DNA of 64,000 nt from Callorhinchus milii (taxonomy: Eukaryota). How positions within the stretch are numbered: the stretch's first letter is position 1; every line of letters starts with the position of its first letter. Below the pieces are notes generated by a model, which searched no databases, was not told the DNA's origin, and saw only the letters and a program-made list of their open reading frames with translations. A program made the position numbers and the translations under genes. Where the stretch lies: the NCBI RefSeq assembly GCF_018977255.1, contig NW_024704743.1, forward strand, positions 45,200,001-45,264,000, read 5' to 3'. Below, one piece after another: positions 61,568 to 64,000 of the stretch.

Positions 61568-63948
61568 CTGGATAGTTTAGTGCAAGGTTACATTGCTTTA
61601 AAGGTTTCTGGAAGGAAAGTAGTTATTAAACAATAATAGCTATTTGAAAATGGACAGTTTTGTCATTAAACCTGCAAGCAAACAAGCAAGCAGTTAAACA
61701 ATCTCATTACATTTGACATTTCTTAGCACTGTCCCATGCAGCTTCCAACAAACTATTAATATGCTGCAGCTTAAAAAACTGTAATTGTAGAATTACAATT
61801 CTGAATAGAGGCATAGGGAATGGTATTCCAAAATGTTCACATTCCTTTGCCCTAAGATTTTGTTTGTTTCATAAATCAGAACTGTACCAGCTGTGCCAAA
61901 ATATATGGCTCTTGGGCTGAGCACAATTGCTAACAAACTAATTAGATATAACTGGAAGGTATCCAAATATTGCTTCAACATTTTGTTGAATGAGGCGAGC
62001 TAACATAAAACAGGCTATGTTCTTTTTACCACCCCCTCAAAAAAACACTTGCGATAAAATATAACAGCCCCGTGTGTCCTATATTATAGTTAATCTGTCA
62101 CACATTGATGAAAAGAATGCGGCTGTTCCGTGCATTTGTCGAGCTAATGTTTTTTTAAAATCTTTAATCCGGAATTTGGATTATACCACCAATTCTTAGA
62201 TGCTCAAGAGTACAATGGCAAGACACAAACCTTCACCTCACCAACAACACAGAACTTTTTTCTCCAGAGCTGTGTCACCATGGGATACAAGAACCCAGGC
62301 TACATCATTTCAGCTGCTATCTGCATACAGATGTTTATGGAGAGCCTGCTCTCTTGACTCTATACAGAGATAAATTTGTATCAATGCCAATACTTAAGTA
62401 TTCCTCACACTTATCTACAAGTTATTTCATTCCCCAGCACCTTATCTCTCCAACCTGCTCACGCCCCACAAATCTACTGCCCCATTGCGCAGCCAGCTCA
62501 GGCTTCCTGCGTCCAAGTCCCTCCACGTGCTCCACCCTCGCCCCGAATCTCTGGAATTCCCTGCCTCAATCCTTCCACCTTATCCTCGCTTTTCCCAACT
62601 TCAGATCACACCTGAAGAACTTCCACCTCGCCCGCGCCTACAGTCACTTCTGTTCCTCTTTGGCCCAATGTCAGATTTGCAGATCAGTGTGATATTCTTC
62701 TAGTTATGGAAAATAATCCCCACTCAAGTTTTTTTATTAGAAATCAATGCACATCAGCCGGCTTTCTGTGGGCATGCACAGTGAATGCAAAAGCACTGAC
62801 TGTCAACCACGCTCGATAGAAGGTAGATTGGAATTTTATGTCCCAAACTACCACCTTATAGCAGATTCTACTTTAGTACCCGACCTTGAATTAAGCCTAT
62901 CCAGAGAGCCTTATTTTTGGTTCCTAATCAAAAGAATGTTAAAAAGATCTAAATCTCATTTCAACCAGCTGCTCTACTAGAGGAGCTGCAGGCTGTAAGA
63001 ATATAAATGAGGTTATTCCTGACCAAGCAGAAGGTATAATAGCATGTACGCAAAACACGAATTGCGTAAACATCATTTATTCCCCGAAATACCTCCCCTC
63101 CTCCTTTTAGTTAAACGTATAAGGTTGAGGGAGGCAGGGAAAGGTAGAGGGGAGAAAGAAGATATCAAGAAAGCAGAGTAGTTTAAAAATTTCAAAACTG
63201 AATACAATTAATATTAGAAATCTCTACCATATATTCAAATTTAATTTAAAGTCATCCACATTTGATACTGTATTGATTCATTCATAAAAAAATGCAGATT
63301 GACACAACATAAAAAAGTAGCTTCAAGATTAAGACTCCACGATTAAGTAAGACCATCCCAACTAGAGCATATATAAAAAAGCAAAGAAATTTGGAATCTA
63401 CATGCAATCACTCTGTGCAATTGGGATGTTCAAAATCCATCTGCAGAACAAAGCCATAACCTACATAATACTAACAAGACACAGTGCAGGAGATTAAACG
63501 CACAATGTTGGATCTCATGAAAGTGAAACCACTTTAATGATTTAAAATGTACAGAGGACAAAAGGAATTCCCCAAAGATTAACTGTAGAACAGGCTCCAC
63601 CATCGTTAATCATCTCACGTGAATGTCATCGTGCATCATAGGCATGAAGTGTATTCATCACTAACATCCACACCACCAGCTGCTGCTGCTGTCACATCAA
63701 ATGCAGAACAAAAACTCTCACACAGAACTGAAAAGATAGATTATAATAAAAGGATACTGTGGGACAATTTCAAGGATGCAAGTCTGTATGGTTCACATGA
63801 CTTATGAACCACTGGGTATTTGTGCTCAGATTTGGAATGCCCACCTAACCTTTAATTTTAAAATGTTCCATTATTCACATATGAAATCAGCCAATCTCTG
63901 CTGGTAAGCATGCTGTCTGTAGCAGGAAATGTTATAACAAACCCTTAC

Positions 63949-64000
63949 CTCAGCTATTGGAGGCTGCCCAGATGGCTCACTTAAAAATGGCATAGCACGG
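63949..64000 (-). CDS. NGLY1: NGLY1 probable exon 3, 3' end (RAMPFLSEPSGQPPIAE; low-conservation linker), truncated by window edge
   Basis: GAG|gtaagg donor; open phase-0 frame matching the phase-0 start of the next exon. Sequence is not itself recognisable. Confidence 0.6.

Overview
Eukaryotic (vertebrate) genomic DNA. The repeat content (DeuSINE-type tRNA SINEs, L2 and CR1 LINEs, a Penelope-type fold-back) suggests a cartilaginous fish, possibly a chimaera; this taxonomic call is inference. Two spliced genes lie in tandem on the minus strand, as in the human TOP2B-NGLY1 block. NGLY1 (peptide:N-glycanase) runs from the end of exon 3 at the right edge to the stop at 47200, with an intact Cys/His/Asp triad and both Zn CxxC motifs. 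TOP2B has a CpG-island promoter at about 37.3-38.5 kb, a first coding exon at 37345-37386, a 26 kb intron 1, and coding exons 2-10 (GHKL ATPase/transducer region) down to 1943; the gene continues off the left edge. All exon junctions were checked by hand for GT-AG boundaries and frame continuity. Introns and the intergenic region are filled with nested transposon relics. The most notable features not explained by the gene models are: (1) an ~85 bp inverted repeat in NGLY1 intron 3 whose loop holds a candidate 29-nt poison exon and whose 3' arm covers the exon 4 branch region; (2) a frame-preserving 18-nt candidate microexon in NGLY1 intron 4; (3) an Asn->Ile change in the conserved CGEWAN catalytic motif; (4) a TOP2B leader with a probable 5'UTR intron, a uORF, three AUG-stop elements and an exact 35-bp duplication; (5) an atypical non-LTR retrotransposon split by an 850-bp TIR element with a 4-bp TSD and a promoter-like motif cassette. 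Most short ORFs in the supplied track are spurious or transposon-derived. No prokaryotic-type systems (CRISPR, operons) were seen.
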